Source of the DNA: the human T2T-CHM13v2.0 reference genome, Homo sapiens | Length of the DNA: 64,000 nucleotides | NCBI RefSeq assembly: GCF_009914755.1 | Contig: NC_060942.1 | Reading direction: 5' to 3' (one strand) | In this document: positions 1 to 15,611 of the stretch, piece after piece | Layout of the letters: each line of letters begins with the position of its first letter | Position numbering within the stretch: the stretch's first letter is position 1 | Made by a program: the position numbers and the translations under genes | The notes under the pieces: model-generated | Told to the model about the DNA's origin: nothing | Database searches by the model: none | What the model saw: only the letters and a program-made list of their open reading frames with translations

Positions 1-1375
1 TGTCTGGCTAAAGAAAATTGTGTGGAGAGATCTAGAATCGTTTCCTAGCATATATGAAGGACACTAAATGTTCTTCATTCCCACAGCACATACAGCTGAA
101 TTTTTAGATAGAAGTGTTTCTCAGCAAATTGTGCTCACGAGAAGTATACTATTAGGGTTTGAAAATAAAATTCAAAGGTCTAACATTTTATTTCTCTAGG
201 ATTATTAAAATATTGTCATTGCCAATGATAGCAGAATAGCTTACTATTTGTCCTAATATTCTATAGGTGCAATTGGTATGAACTTTAGAATAAAAGAATC
301 CCCTTATATCTTAAATGTTGTTCCCCGCTTAGATTTTCCAAAGCGATTACTCATCTGCAGCCAGAAGATGACTGATTGCCAAGGGATTTGCCGTTGAGGA
401 CTGAACTACACTTATGCCTGGTCATCTATAAATATTTATGAAGCACCTATCCCATGCTTGGCCTTGGGGACACAAAGATAAATAAGACAATCCATGTTCT
501 TAAGGCGTTAGTAGCTTAGTGAATTCATATCCAGATTGATGCCACAATGGGATGAATTGCTGTAGAACCAACTGCTTTTCTGTCATGTGGTTTTCAGTAA
601 TAATATATTTACTTTCATTTGAGAAAACATGTATAAAAGTAAATATCCCACTTGGGCTTACACCTGTGTCAGGAAAAAAGTTAATACATATTCCAGAAAT
701 TGTCAGAGCACCCAAGCACATTCCCCTCATCATGGAAATAATCACTGCCAGATGAGATTGAAACATCTTTTGGAATAGAAAATGCTTAGAATGAAATCCA
801 TACCTTGAAATCCATTTTTCTAGTACAGTAGAAGGGCCATTCATTATTAATAGAATGTAACTTAAGTATGCTTTTATTTCCAACGTGTAATACATTCTAC
901 TCTCTTAAGGCTAGAAACCAACTTAACCTAAATGTTTAGACAGTATAGTCAGGTATGTGTGAGAGACACTCGTATGGAGAATCAAATGCAAATCTCAACA
1001 ACCAATCCTATGAGAGAGTACAGATATGTAGGTAGGAGAAAGTAAACTAGAGAGAAATATTAAGCAGACTTCAAGTCACTTGTCACGTAAGAAAAGGCCG
1101 GGAGAGAAGCTCTGAATAGGACAGAAGATGCATCATCACAGCACCTTCCTTAAAAAAGAGGGGAAGGAAGGAGTATGCATTTAAAGATCAAGTTAGCCAA
1201 ATACAAGTTACTTTGGCAACAAAAGTTGGTGCAGGAAGAATAGAAACTATCGGGTTGCATTTCTCATCTCACACTTGACAAGTCTCTTAGAAATACCGTT
1301 ACCTAGAATGAGAATTTTGTTAAGGTATGTTTAACATGGAAGCTTGTATTTATAAAGAATATTTTTCCTCTTAGG

Positions 1376-1725
1376 TGTATTAGTCCATTCTCACACTGCT
1401 ATAAAGGTACTACCTGAGACTGAGTAACTTATAAAGAAAAGAATGTTTAATTGACTCAGTTCTGCATGGCTGGGGAAGCCTTTGGAATCTCACAATCACG
1501 GCGAAAGGCAAAGGGGAAGTTAGATACATGTCTTCACAAAGCGGCAGGAGACAGGAAGTGCCACAGTTTAAAACCATCAGCTCTCCTGAGAACTCACTAT
1601 CATGAGAACAGCATGGGGGAACTGCCCCTATGATCCAGTCATCTCCCACCAGATCCCTTTCTCAACACACGGGGATTACAATTCGAGATGAGATTTGGGT
1701 GGGCACACAGAGCTAAACCACACCA
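1376..1725 (-). mobile_element. MaLR solo LTR (MSTA/THE1-like)
   Basis: Starts TGTATTAGTCCATTCTCACACTGCTATAAAG and ends GAGATTTGGGTGGGCACACAGAGCTAAACCACACCA, the reverse complement of MST/THE1 LTR termini; about 350 bp. Confidence 0.85.
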
Positions 1726-2387
1726 ATATGTTATCTCCAAACCTGCATTCAATGCCAGATGGCTTCCTTCGTAGTAATCTGAATGTGGTTGCATGTGAAA
1801 CAATGGCTCCTTAAAGTGAAATTATCTGTTTATACTATTTTGATACTGCACTTGAAATAACCCATTTGTTTTGGATTTAGAGGTAGCCCAATTTGGCAGC
1901 AAACTCATCCTAGACATTTGGTGTGATTAGTCTTTTCAAATATATGCATTCCAGAGAAGATTAATGGCCTTATTATGTCCAGTATTTCAACAAAAATGAA
2001 CAAATGAAGTCCAAAGGCACATGGCTCCAGGGAAACTAGCTGGCTTTCCACTGTTCTCAGGGCAGAATCACAGCCACTCAAAGATTATGGTTATTTTTTT
2101 TTCTCCTAATAAAATCTGTTCATCAATCTGGTTTTTTACTCAGTTTGTGTTGTTCAGTCACCAGAGTGGTTTGTGCTGCCTATTGTTAATTTAAACCAAC
2201 TGCATGGTTTTAAAAATGCATTCTTTGTCATTTCAAAGAGCTGTGGTAATTCTTTGGAATATAGTGTTTTCAAAGTTCAGATAATGCAGAGAATACTATA
2301 TATATTACAGTGATATTTTAAAATTGACCCATATTTATTACATACCTAAGTAACTGGAAAAGAATAGCTGAATAGCTAAGTAACTTC

Positions 2388-2394
<7 letters not shown>

Positions 2395-2418
<24 letters not shown>
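2395..2418 (+). repeat. poly(A) run, about 24 nt
   Basis: Seen directly. Confidence 0.9.
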
Positions 2419-4230
2419 GCAAGTCTTCACCTATATGGGGTGTTGCTGAAAATACTTATGGGCATTTATTATGCGAAATAAAACCCATAATACTATTTAA
2501 GCTGTTGATGATGACTTTGTTTGGAGCTCAAATCACAGAAGAAATTTCATTGTACAGAATTCAAATGGGTAGTCATGGCATAGAAACGTTTAAAAAGAAA
2601 AACAGATAAATTTAAAGAAAACTTTTACCCAAATTTAAGGTTTGCCTGTACAACTCTTAACAATTGCAGTCTGGAAGTCTCCCTTATGTATTATACCTTT
2701 CTAAATATGATAAACACTTTTAAAAAACAGAATTATATTTTTTCTACATTTCTATCACTTATTAGTTTTGGTTGGGATTCCTTGTCTCAGCCCCCCATAA
2801 AAATGATTCTTTATGTATATACTAGAAGTACTTGCAAAGGTCCTAGGAAACCCAGATCTGATGGAAATGTGGACAATTTATTTCTGGCCATGGATTTTAT
2901 TTTATTCCAGAGAAGGAAAGTACAACTGAAATCAATATCTTGCCTGAAATTCTTGAAACATTGTACATGTGTATGAAGCTTTTCTCTGAAATGGACTAAT
3001 ACTATGTAAATGGAACAATTTGATAAACTTAAAAATTCATGGTACTTTTATTAGTCATTAGGAAATTGCTGCCAACCAAAAAGCCTAAAGTAGTGAAATG
3101 AGTCCTTCCACAGAAGTGGGAGAAAGCGTAATGTGCAAAGGGATTTAAAAAACAAACAAACATATGCTTCAGGCTCCATCTTTAAGAACCTTAATCTGGT
3201 TGGTAAATAGTGATATATGTGAAAGATAACTTATATAATAAGTAGTGTAAAAGTTGACCACAGAGATAGACCACTGCAAGAAGCAGAAGAAAGCTACTCT
3301 CAGCTTCATGGAACGTTATGGAAAAGGGATATGTGAGCTGCTTCTTGGAGAATAAATAGAACATATAACATCTGAGGAATGCAATTCCAGACAGAAATCC
3401 ATGGCCAGAAATGTGCTGAAGAAATATATCCATGGCCATTGATGAATCATATTCACTCTTTAGTCAGTTTTTCTATCTGTAAAATAAAACAATTATATTA
3501 AATCATCCTAAAGAGCCATTTTAACTATTATATCCTGTTTTAATAGCAAGTAGAATTAGTTTAAGTAGATTAAATGATTTCTACAGAAAAGGAATGAGAA
3601 AAAATAAGATTTGAGCAGGGAAGTTTTTAACCTCTGAGTTATTAAATATAAAGTTACAAGCTTGGTCTTTATTCTGTGGACATTGAAAGCTCATTGACAA
3701 CATTTTGAGAACAGAAGTGGTATAATGAAAGTTTTCTCATAATTTTTTAAAATGGTACTTCCCATTACCCTTTAATTAGAGATGACTTTATCAATTTGTG
3801 TTGAGAATATAGGACTCCAGAGCTGTGAATAGTATAACATGATTATACTTTGATCCTAAATTCTAGGAAGCAATCCCAAAATGGGACAAATAGATCCCAG
3901 ATCCTAGTCTGATCATCACTGAGAAAAAAACAGAGATCAAAAAAGGGAAAATTGGGTAAACTTTATTTGTCTGCTGCCTTGCAGAATAGTGTAATCATCA
4001 AAAATATATTCAGTTACATATTGATTTCATGTTAGCCTGATAGAGCCACTTCCACTGAGAAGTCACATACTAGTGTCAAGATAAAGCACATGCACAAATA
4101 AATACAGTGCAGAAGAAACCAAGTCTTAAAATAAATACCACAGGGTTTCCAAAAGGAGAGAAAATTTTTCAAGAAAAAATCAGGACATCCTTCTTGGAGA
4201 AGTAGCCTCATGAAGGATAGGTAGGGTGTC

Positions 4231-4606
4231 TGTATTAGTCCATTCTCATGCTGCTGATAAATACATACCTGAGACTGGGCAATTTATAAAGGAAAGAGGT
4301 TTAATTGACTCACAGTTCAGCATGGCTGGGGAGGCCTCAGGAAACTTACAGTCTTGGTGGAAGGGGAGGCAAACATGTCTTTGTTCACATGGTGGCAGCA
4401 AGGAGAAGTGTGGAGCCAAAGGGGGAAAAGCCTCTTATAAAACCATCAGATCTTGTGAGAACTCGCTCACTATCATGAGAACAGCACGAGGGTAACTGTC
4501 TCCATGATTAAATTACCTCCTACTGGTTCCCTCCCATGACATGTGAAGATTATGGGAACTATAATTCAAGATGAGATTTGGGTGGAGACGTAGCCAAACT
4601 GTATCA
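4231..4606 (-). mobile_element. MaLR solo LTR (THE1/MSTA-like)
   Basis: TGTATTAGTCCATTCTCATGCTGCTG...GCCAAACTGTATCA; near-TSD GTGTC/GTGTA. Confidence 0.85.
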
Positions 4607-5319
4607 GTGTATATATTATAGAGTGAAACAGTAAACATTTCAGGGTGAGAAAATAGAATTTACAAAGACTTAGAATTAGAAAAGGGTCATTTGTTTCATT
4701 GAGCCATGGGGTATATGTAAGTCACGTGTGGATGATAAGTTTAACAAGTAAGCAGTAATTTGGTCATGTATTATTTAAAAGAAAGGCAGAAGAGCTTTAA
4801 CCTAATTCCTAATCCAACCCAAGCCTGTATGTTTAGACCTTTTTAAGACCCTCTCCCATGTTATGTAAGTATTTTAATTCCTTTTGCTCAGCGAACTTGG
4901 AAGATATGCTTTAATATTTCTGAAAAGTATTCTAAAATAATCAATACCCGTTATTTTCTCTAAATAGTCATGGTACCTCATTCTTCACTCTTTATTTTTT
5001 CTTATCATTAATTGACTTTTTTATGACAAGAAAATAATATTATTTTGTAGATATATCATTTCCATGGCATTATCCGAACTTCTTCTACTCATCTTCTACC
5101 AATATTGCCACAGCAAAGGATGAAAATATGCATTTTGTTGCTTGAGTTTTTTATTGGCATCAGTAGCAAATCTTTGTTGAGCATGTACTAAGGATGAGGC
5201 ATTGTACTAGGCATTGAGATATGGAGAAAAATCCTTAGCCCTTGTCTTTATGATATAGTCCACTGATGACTGATAACACTGCCTAATAGACAGTATATTT
5301 CAGAAAACATGAGACTTAG

Positions 5320-5694
<375 letters not shown>

Positions 5695-7009
5695 TAAGTG
5701 AGAAAAGTTATTTTTTCCCTTGCCTGCTGTCTGATATACTGTGAAAGTTAGAGAATCTGAATAGAAATAAAGATATCAAGATAGCCAGAGAAGACAAGGT
5801 GTCCAGTGTGATGACGGAAGCCTAAGAAATATGAGAAAATTACAAAATATAGATTAGAACTCACATATACGTTTGTAATCAGGAAATAATTGTTGAGGCA
5901 TCCCTGTGGTACTTAACAATATTACAACTATAATAATACGGCTAAATCAGATTATTTTCCCCTTGGTTAATCAGAAATCACTCTATTTTATTAATCAATG
6001 TAAGAGAAGGTTTTAGGGATTCACTACGTGATCAGCTTTGCTTTATTTAGTTCCATTGAGAGATAATAAACAGGAAAATGAGTCCTACAACCCCAAGTTG
6101 GAAAAACAGTGAATCTGTGTGAAACTGTTAGAAAACAGCAATCACTTAAACTCAATCATTTGTTTTTTGAGAAATTCTGTTATGTAGAGCACACTATTTT
6201 TGACATTGAGAATATAGAAAACTACTCTAATTGGAGAATAAGGAAATAACAAAATTGAAAAAAAGCAAGAGGCTACATACATACACATAAACAGACATAC
6301 CACATTTATGTATTTTAGTATAGTTACATACAATAATTATGTTTGCTACCAGTGATGTATTGTAATATATTTTTGCATTTATTTTATTTATCATGCAATT
6401 ATGCACTGTTATTTGCAAACATTAACTGTCATTATTCTCAATTCTTATCTCGAGGTTATAGATGAGGATAGTAACAGAGGCACTCGCAGTGAGAGAAGGA
6501 CTTGAGATTTAAATCCAGCCCAATCTGGCTCCATTATTTGGGCTCTTGAAACTTCTCTTTTCTCTTCTTCAATATAAATTTGGTGTTCTCTTCTCTCCCT
6601 TTCTCTTCTCCCTCTATATTCCTAATCCTTTCTATTCCTACTCTCTCTTTCTCTCTCTGTGTGTGTGTTTGTATACATACGTAAACGTATATATTTAAAT
6701 TTTAGTCTCAACCCAGTCAATTGATTTCAAGTTCTAATGGATGTGACCCAAATTTTGAAAAACTCTAATGTAGACATAATGATTTCAGAAACAGAAAGGA
6801 TGGATAGATTCAGGTAACTTTTATGGTACCAGGAAAGAAGAACTTAAATAATAAAGGGAAAGGAGGGTTAGAAAGGTGATTTTATTTAATGACTCTAATT
6901 GCTTATCACAATTATCTCTCAGGCTCTGGAAGTATTATTGCAGTATCTTTCTGCCAGAAGTTTCAAGTGGCAAAAGAGACAGTTATAGCAAATCACTTTA
7001 GTACATAGG

Positions 7010-7210
7010 CAGGGAATCAGACTGTCTGGCTTCATAATTTACAAGCTGTGTAATTTGGGGAAAGTTATTTAAACACCTTGTACTTCAATCTCTCCATTTG
7101 TAAAGTGGGGATAATAGAACCTGCTTCAGGTAGTGGGAGAGATAATAATAAATATAAAGGGCTTAGGATAATAAACTCTGCATTGTCAGCTCTCAATAAA
7201 TGTTTGGCAT
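7010..7210 (+). mobile_element. MIR fragment
   Basis: MIR core-like AGCTGTGTAATTTGGGGAAAGTTATTTAA...CTCCATTTGTAAAGTGGGGATAATAG...CTCAATAAATG. Confidence 0.65.
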
Positions 7211-8552
7211 TGGGTATTAAATGAACCCTTGACCAAAGTCTTTGGGAAAACAGACAGCAGAATGGAACTGTTTCCATATATTCAACTAATACTTCTGCTC
7301 AGAGGTATTCAAGTAATATTTCTGATATCTTTTGGTTTATTGTCAGTGAATTTGACTAAGGAATCAAAAAAGCCTTATACTAATATCATCAATAATTAAT
7401 AAATAATTTTAGCCAAGTTGTTTAGAGGTCCAAATATTATTTAGTTACTAATCAGGGAAATAATAAAGAAAGAGAGAGATCATTCAGTAGGAAAAATCAG
7501 GACTTAAATCCTGAGAGTTTTTACCAGCTCTTTTATTTTTCTAGAAGGCAATGGCCATCAAAGATTGGACATTAGCTTTGGTGTCAGGAGAAAGTTTTTC
7601 TGATGGCTGTTAGAAAGAGCAAAATACAGCAGCTACTTAGGCAAAAAATTAGCACTCATCACTCACTGAGCATAACAAAAATGACAAAAACACAGTCTAC
7701 CTTTGGTAATGGCTACTAAAAATACCTATCCATTTTCTATGTGAAACAGATCACGGCTGCTACTTCACTGTGAATTTAATCTGGCTTCTCAGTCAATATA
7801 ATATTTAAATCTGATGTCACTCTTAAGTTTCCCCACAGAAGAGAATAAACATTAATTTTTAGAATTTCTTTCTCCTAGGCAAGGTTTTGTGGGCTAAGCC
7901 TGAGCCAAGTCATTAGCAAAGATGTGTTATATTTATAATTTTCATTCAATTGCAAATTTCCATCATAGAGTAACTAGTGTTACGATAATTAAGAAATGGA
8001 ATTAAATTAGTATATCACATGCCATGCTGTGAAAATTATAATACAGTATAGTAATACACTACAGTAGATAATTGCTAAGACAATAAGAATGTGGCCACAG
8101 TAAAGATGATATAGGCATTGTGTAGTTCCCTATCACCATAGCCAGTTTCAACAGAAAATGAGTCCATCACATTAATCCTAATGAAACTCTAGAATTACAG
8201 GACAACTGAGCTTTCTTATCTTATCCTCTGGGTTGTCTCAGTTCCACCAGCTTCCCTTTCTTTACTTTATCAGAATAGTTTCCAAAGACTTATGTACTTT
8301 TCAGTGTGTAAGTCAATTGGGTACATAACACATGGATATTCAGAATGTTTATTATGTATGTTTTTTTTTTCCAAAAAGTGTTTCCTTTTTTCTTTCCTTG
8401 TGGCAGAACACCACTAACTGCAACTGTTTAACTGCATTTGGGGGAACAAAAGATTTGTTTTATAATAGTTCCTGTATAATAAGCTAAGAGCTTAGGGAAT
8501 GATTTGAATTATAAATATTTTCTATCCCAGAGCAGTGTTTTAAACTCAGTGA

Positions 8553-11361
<2,809 letters not shown>

Positions 11362-11482
11362 GGAGGAAGCAACTTACGGATACTTGGGGTGGTGAAGTCA
11401 GATGAAGGCTTTTATCAATGTGTGGCTGAAAATGAGGCTGGAAATGCCCAGACCAGTGCACAGCTCATTGTCCCTAAGCCTG
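11362..11482 (+). CDS. DCC: DCC coding exon (exon 7), C-terminal half of Ig domain 4
   Basis: Acceptor CTTTTTCTTTTCCCTAG; translates [40 protein letters not shown] with the Ig I-set DxGxYxC motif; donor CTG|GTAAGA; 121 nt; not in the ORF track. Confidence 0.97.
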
Positions 11483-11651
11483 GTAAGACAATGGGAACCT
11501 TGCTTTGGTACCTGGAATGAAAATTATTCATAGTCTGTTGGTAAAATCCATATTGTTTTTCCTACCCCTCAAGGGCAATATGGCAATATGAAATCATTTA
11601 GTTAATTAAGGTGTATACTTGTGTATTGATGACATTTTCCCTCTAGAAAAT

Positions 11652-11662
11652 TGTGTGTGTAC

Positions 11663-11713
<51 letters not shown>

Positions 11714-11755
11714 CATGTGTGTATGTGTGTGTTTGTGTATATATATATATATATA
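11652..11755. repeat. Alternating purine-pyrimidine tract with (TA)20 and (TA)9 plus TG repeats
   Basis: Seen directly; lies between an XbaI site (11642) and an EcoO109I site (11790). Confidence 0.95.
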
Positions 11756-12032
11756 AAATCTCCAATGAGATAAAGTCATCATGAATAATAGGGCCTCTGC
11801 TTTTCAAGGCAATAACCACTAAATTATTACCTTCTCCCTCTTTTGTGGCCTGCCTTTCTTCCCAGCATTCCATTTAAATATAAAATATATAATATATACC
11901 TTGCATATATGTTAGGTGTATATTTTAGTTATATATGTGCATATATACGTACACACATATCTATAAATATATATACATAAGGACTGTACATATTTTCTTA
12001 TATGTAATCTTGAATCAATGGAAGTTAATTAG

Positions 12033-12440
12033 TGTATTAGTCTGTTCTCCACTGCTATAGAGAAATATCTGAGACTGGGTAATTTATAAAGAAAAGAGGT
12101 TTAATTGGCTCATGGTTCCACAGGCTGTATAGGAAGCATGATGCTGGCCATCTGCTGGGCTTCTGGGGAGGCCTCAGGAAACTTGAGATTATGGCGGAAG
12201 GCGAAGGGGCAGCAAGTGCATCTTATGTGGCTGGTGCAGGAGAAACAGAGAAAGAGGGGGAAGTGCTACACACTTTTAAACAACCAGATCTCATGAGAAC
12301 TCAGTCACTATCAGGAGAACACTACCAGCAGGGAAATCTGCCCCTGTGATCTAATCACCCCCAACCAGGCCCCACCTCCAACACTGGGGATTGCAATTAG
12401 ACATGAGAGTTTGGTGGGGACACAGATTCAGACCATATCA
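12033..12440 (-). mobile_element. MaLR solo LTR (MSTB-like)
   Basis: TGTATTAGTCTGTTCTCCACTGCTATAG...GGGACACAGATTCAGACCATATCA; about 410 bp. Confidence 0.85.
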
Positions 12441-12550
12441 AAAGGATCTTGAAAAATTACTCTTTTTAATTATAATTGCAAAAAATGTCATTTTGTTTTA
12501 TAGTCTTTTGGAAGCTTAATATATTGCTGAATTACAGAATTCTAGTATAA

Positions 12551-12856
12551 GTCCGGGCACAGTGGCTCATGCCTGTAATTCCAGCTTTTTGGGAGGCCAA
12601 GGGGTGAGGATGGCTTGAGACCAGGAATTTGAGACCAATCTGGACAACATGGCAAGACTTTGTCTCTACTGAAAATAAAAAAAATATATATTTAAAAACA
12701 GGCAGCCACCTGTAGTCCAGCTACTTGGGAGGCTGAAGCAGAACAATCGTTTGAGCCCAGGGTGTTGAGGCTGCAGTGAGCTATGATCACACTACTGCAC
12801 TACAACCTGGGCAACAGAGCAAGACTCTGTCACAAAAAACACAACAAAACAAAAAC
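12551..12856 (+). mobile_element. AluJ
   Basis: Dimeric Alu with J-type GAGGATGGCTTGAG and GAGGCTGCAGTGAGCTATGATC; (CAAAA) tail. Confidence 0.9.
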
Positions 12857-13563
12857 TAGAATAAATTGATACTAGACCTGTCATGTAACAGCTCTATAAC
12901 AACACAATTTCTTGGGAGGAGAGACAAAAATAAAAACAAAAGAACCATCCTGCTGCTCTGAAATGATTAAAGAAGTTTAAAACAGGGACAAGACAGTTGT
13001 TAATACAGATCCAAATACTTCAAAATGTTAATATCTCCCATAAAGAGTTATCTATCATGTTACATACATTTCAACTCTTTTGGACCAGTTTTCTTCCTTT
13101 TGACATGGCTCGCTTTTGTGTTAATCTTTTCCTGAAGTAAGTTTAATAGAAAGTAGGAAAAGCATATAAGACATAGTCTTTCTCTGGCTTTTATCATTTA
13201 AAATGTGCCTATTAAGTCCTTATATTGTATGCACCCCAGCCAGTTAGCTGAAGATTCACAGCAGTGCTCACAAAGATGACTTTCTCCTATTTCCTTGATT
13301 GAAATAAAAATAAAATAACTATAGAACAACAATACCAGATGAGTCAAGAAGCTAAAGGAACTATGTAGGAATTAAAAGGAGCAATTAACTCTGGCTCAAG
13401 ATCACCAGTTTCTCTGATGGACTTCTTTTCCCTCCATTTGATGTGCTTAAGTGTCAGTGTAACTTCATTGGTGTGACTAAGTATATTATTTTCTGCTGAA
13501 CTAGTAATGCATAAGTAGGAGAAAAGGAACCTTTAAAATCAGGGTCTCTAATGTGAGCCACAC

Positions 13564-13740
13564 TTTTTTTCTTTTAATTTTATTATTATTATACTTTAAG
13601 TTTTAGGGTACATGTGCATAATGTGCCGGTTAGTTACATATGTATACATGTGCCATGCTGGTGTGCTGCACCCATTAACTCGTCATTTAGCATTAGATGT
13701 ATCTCCTAATGCTATCCCTCTCCCTCCCCCCACCCCACAA
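13564..13740 (-). mobile_element. Short L1PA (PA4-like) 3' end
   Basis: TTATTATACTTTAAGTTTTAGGGTACATGTGCA...CCCATTAACTCGTCATTTAGCATTAG...CCCCACCCCACAA is the antisense L1 3' UTR terminus. Confidence 0.92.
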
Positions 13741-14083
13741 ACTGTACCATATCATTAGTAACAAAAGTATGGGTGCCTTTAAGCTGATATTGGCTGCTAC
13801 GCCAGTCACAGAACAGGAGAATTGTAGGTGAGTTTGATTTTTCAGCTAAGGCCATAAAGCTGATGACAATGCAAGATAAGTGACTTCGTGTTTCTAAAGG
13901 AGGTGTAAGATGTATCCTCCTAGCACTTGGCACTGACCAAAGAAGTCCAGTGAGCATCCCTGTACCTGCTCACAGGGAGGGAGGATTCTTTGAAGTGCTA
14001 GAATTCATAGGATGAGAGGTTGTCATGGTATTTTCTCTCCTGTACCAGCCAAGTTATACAGACTCCAAGAAAACCTTTTAGAC

Positions 14084-14122
<39 letters not shown>

Positions 14123-14129
14123 GTGTGTG
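14084..14129. repeat. (TG)n microsatellite
   Basis: Seen directly. Confidence 0.9.
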
Positions 14130-14592
14130 TTGCTGGGGACTGATTGCAAAAATGGGAAATGGGCAACTTTATTCTGCTATTTCATGGTCTATACAAACCT
14201 GCCCCCAGTGTCTGAGGAAGCTGAGAGACCAAAGAAAGAGGCTGACAAATCTAGTTTCTTAGAAATACTTAATAGGGACTTATGAACAGGAGCCATATCT
14301 GTGTCTCTGGCAGTGCTGAGACAACATGGTGGCATGGGGATGCCACTAGCCCCCAGACCGAGGGCTTATATACCATGGGGAGAAGTGGTTTTGAAGGGAA
14401 GTGTGAGATGATGGAAGTACAGTAACACCAAAGTTTTCTGACCTAATGGCAGGATTTATGGTAAGTACCTGCTGTTACACAAGGAAAATTGATAAACAGG
14501 AAATCTTAGAGGCCTTCCCAGAAGAGGGGTTAATCAGAAGCCAACAAACATGGTGGATTAGCTTCCAAGATGGAGTTGCTTTCGCCTCCACA
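14130..14592 (-). mobile_element. ERV solo LTR (LTR47-like)
   Basis: Ends GATTAGCTTCCAAGATGGAGTTGCTTTCGCCTCCACA, the reverse complement of the recalled LTR47 start; left boundary approximate. Confidence 0.55.
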
Positions 14593-15292
14593 CTGGCTGG
14601 AAACCACCTGGAGCTGTCCACAATGCAGGGAAGAGAAAGGAGAGGACAACATTAAGAAGAAGCTCTATTTCGACCCTTGAGAAGAACAAGGGTGTCAGTT
14701 CCACTTGAAGAAGGCAAGGCTGAAGGTTTCTTGAAAGGACTTTTCCCAAGAGGTCCTGTCTGCTGAGGCTGTGCCAACCAAGACACTAGAGTGATGGCGC
14801 CTGGATGGAGCTGAGCTAGGAGGGTGGCGCAGGTCAGCCAGAGAGTGCTTTGCCAACTCCAGCAGGGGTCCAGTGACTGCATTTCTAAGGTGGGGATTTT
14901 CTGAAGAACTCACAGAACTGCTCCACAAAAACAAAAAAAAAAAAAAAGAAGCTTGCAGAAACCTTCCATGAGTGTGGACTTTTGAAAGGACAAGCTGAGA
15001 AAAACAGTCTTTGTCTCTTTATTCCAAATCCATCCTCCCCTCTCTGACCCTGAGGAAGCCCTAAATAGAAGGGAGAAGCGACCTGAGAGACTGAAACACA
15101 GATGATAGGCAGTCCTACTGCCCCCTTCCCTATTTACAATCTACACTTGCTTTGAGAGATGGAAAGAAATTTTAAATTATTAGTTGAATATTTTAATTTA
15201 GATCTCATTGAGGTGTTTGTGTGTTGTGGGGTTGGGGGGGGTTGTTATTGTGTGGAGTTCTGTTTGTTTTGTTTTTGAATACCTGAAGATAA

Positions 15293-15611
<319 letters not shown>

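Noticed and set aside
500-895. 131-aa minus-strand ORF (likewise the 161-aa ORF at 17527-18012)
   Set aside because: No recognisable domain or splice context; lengths compatible with chance
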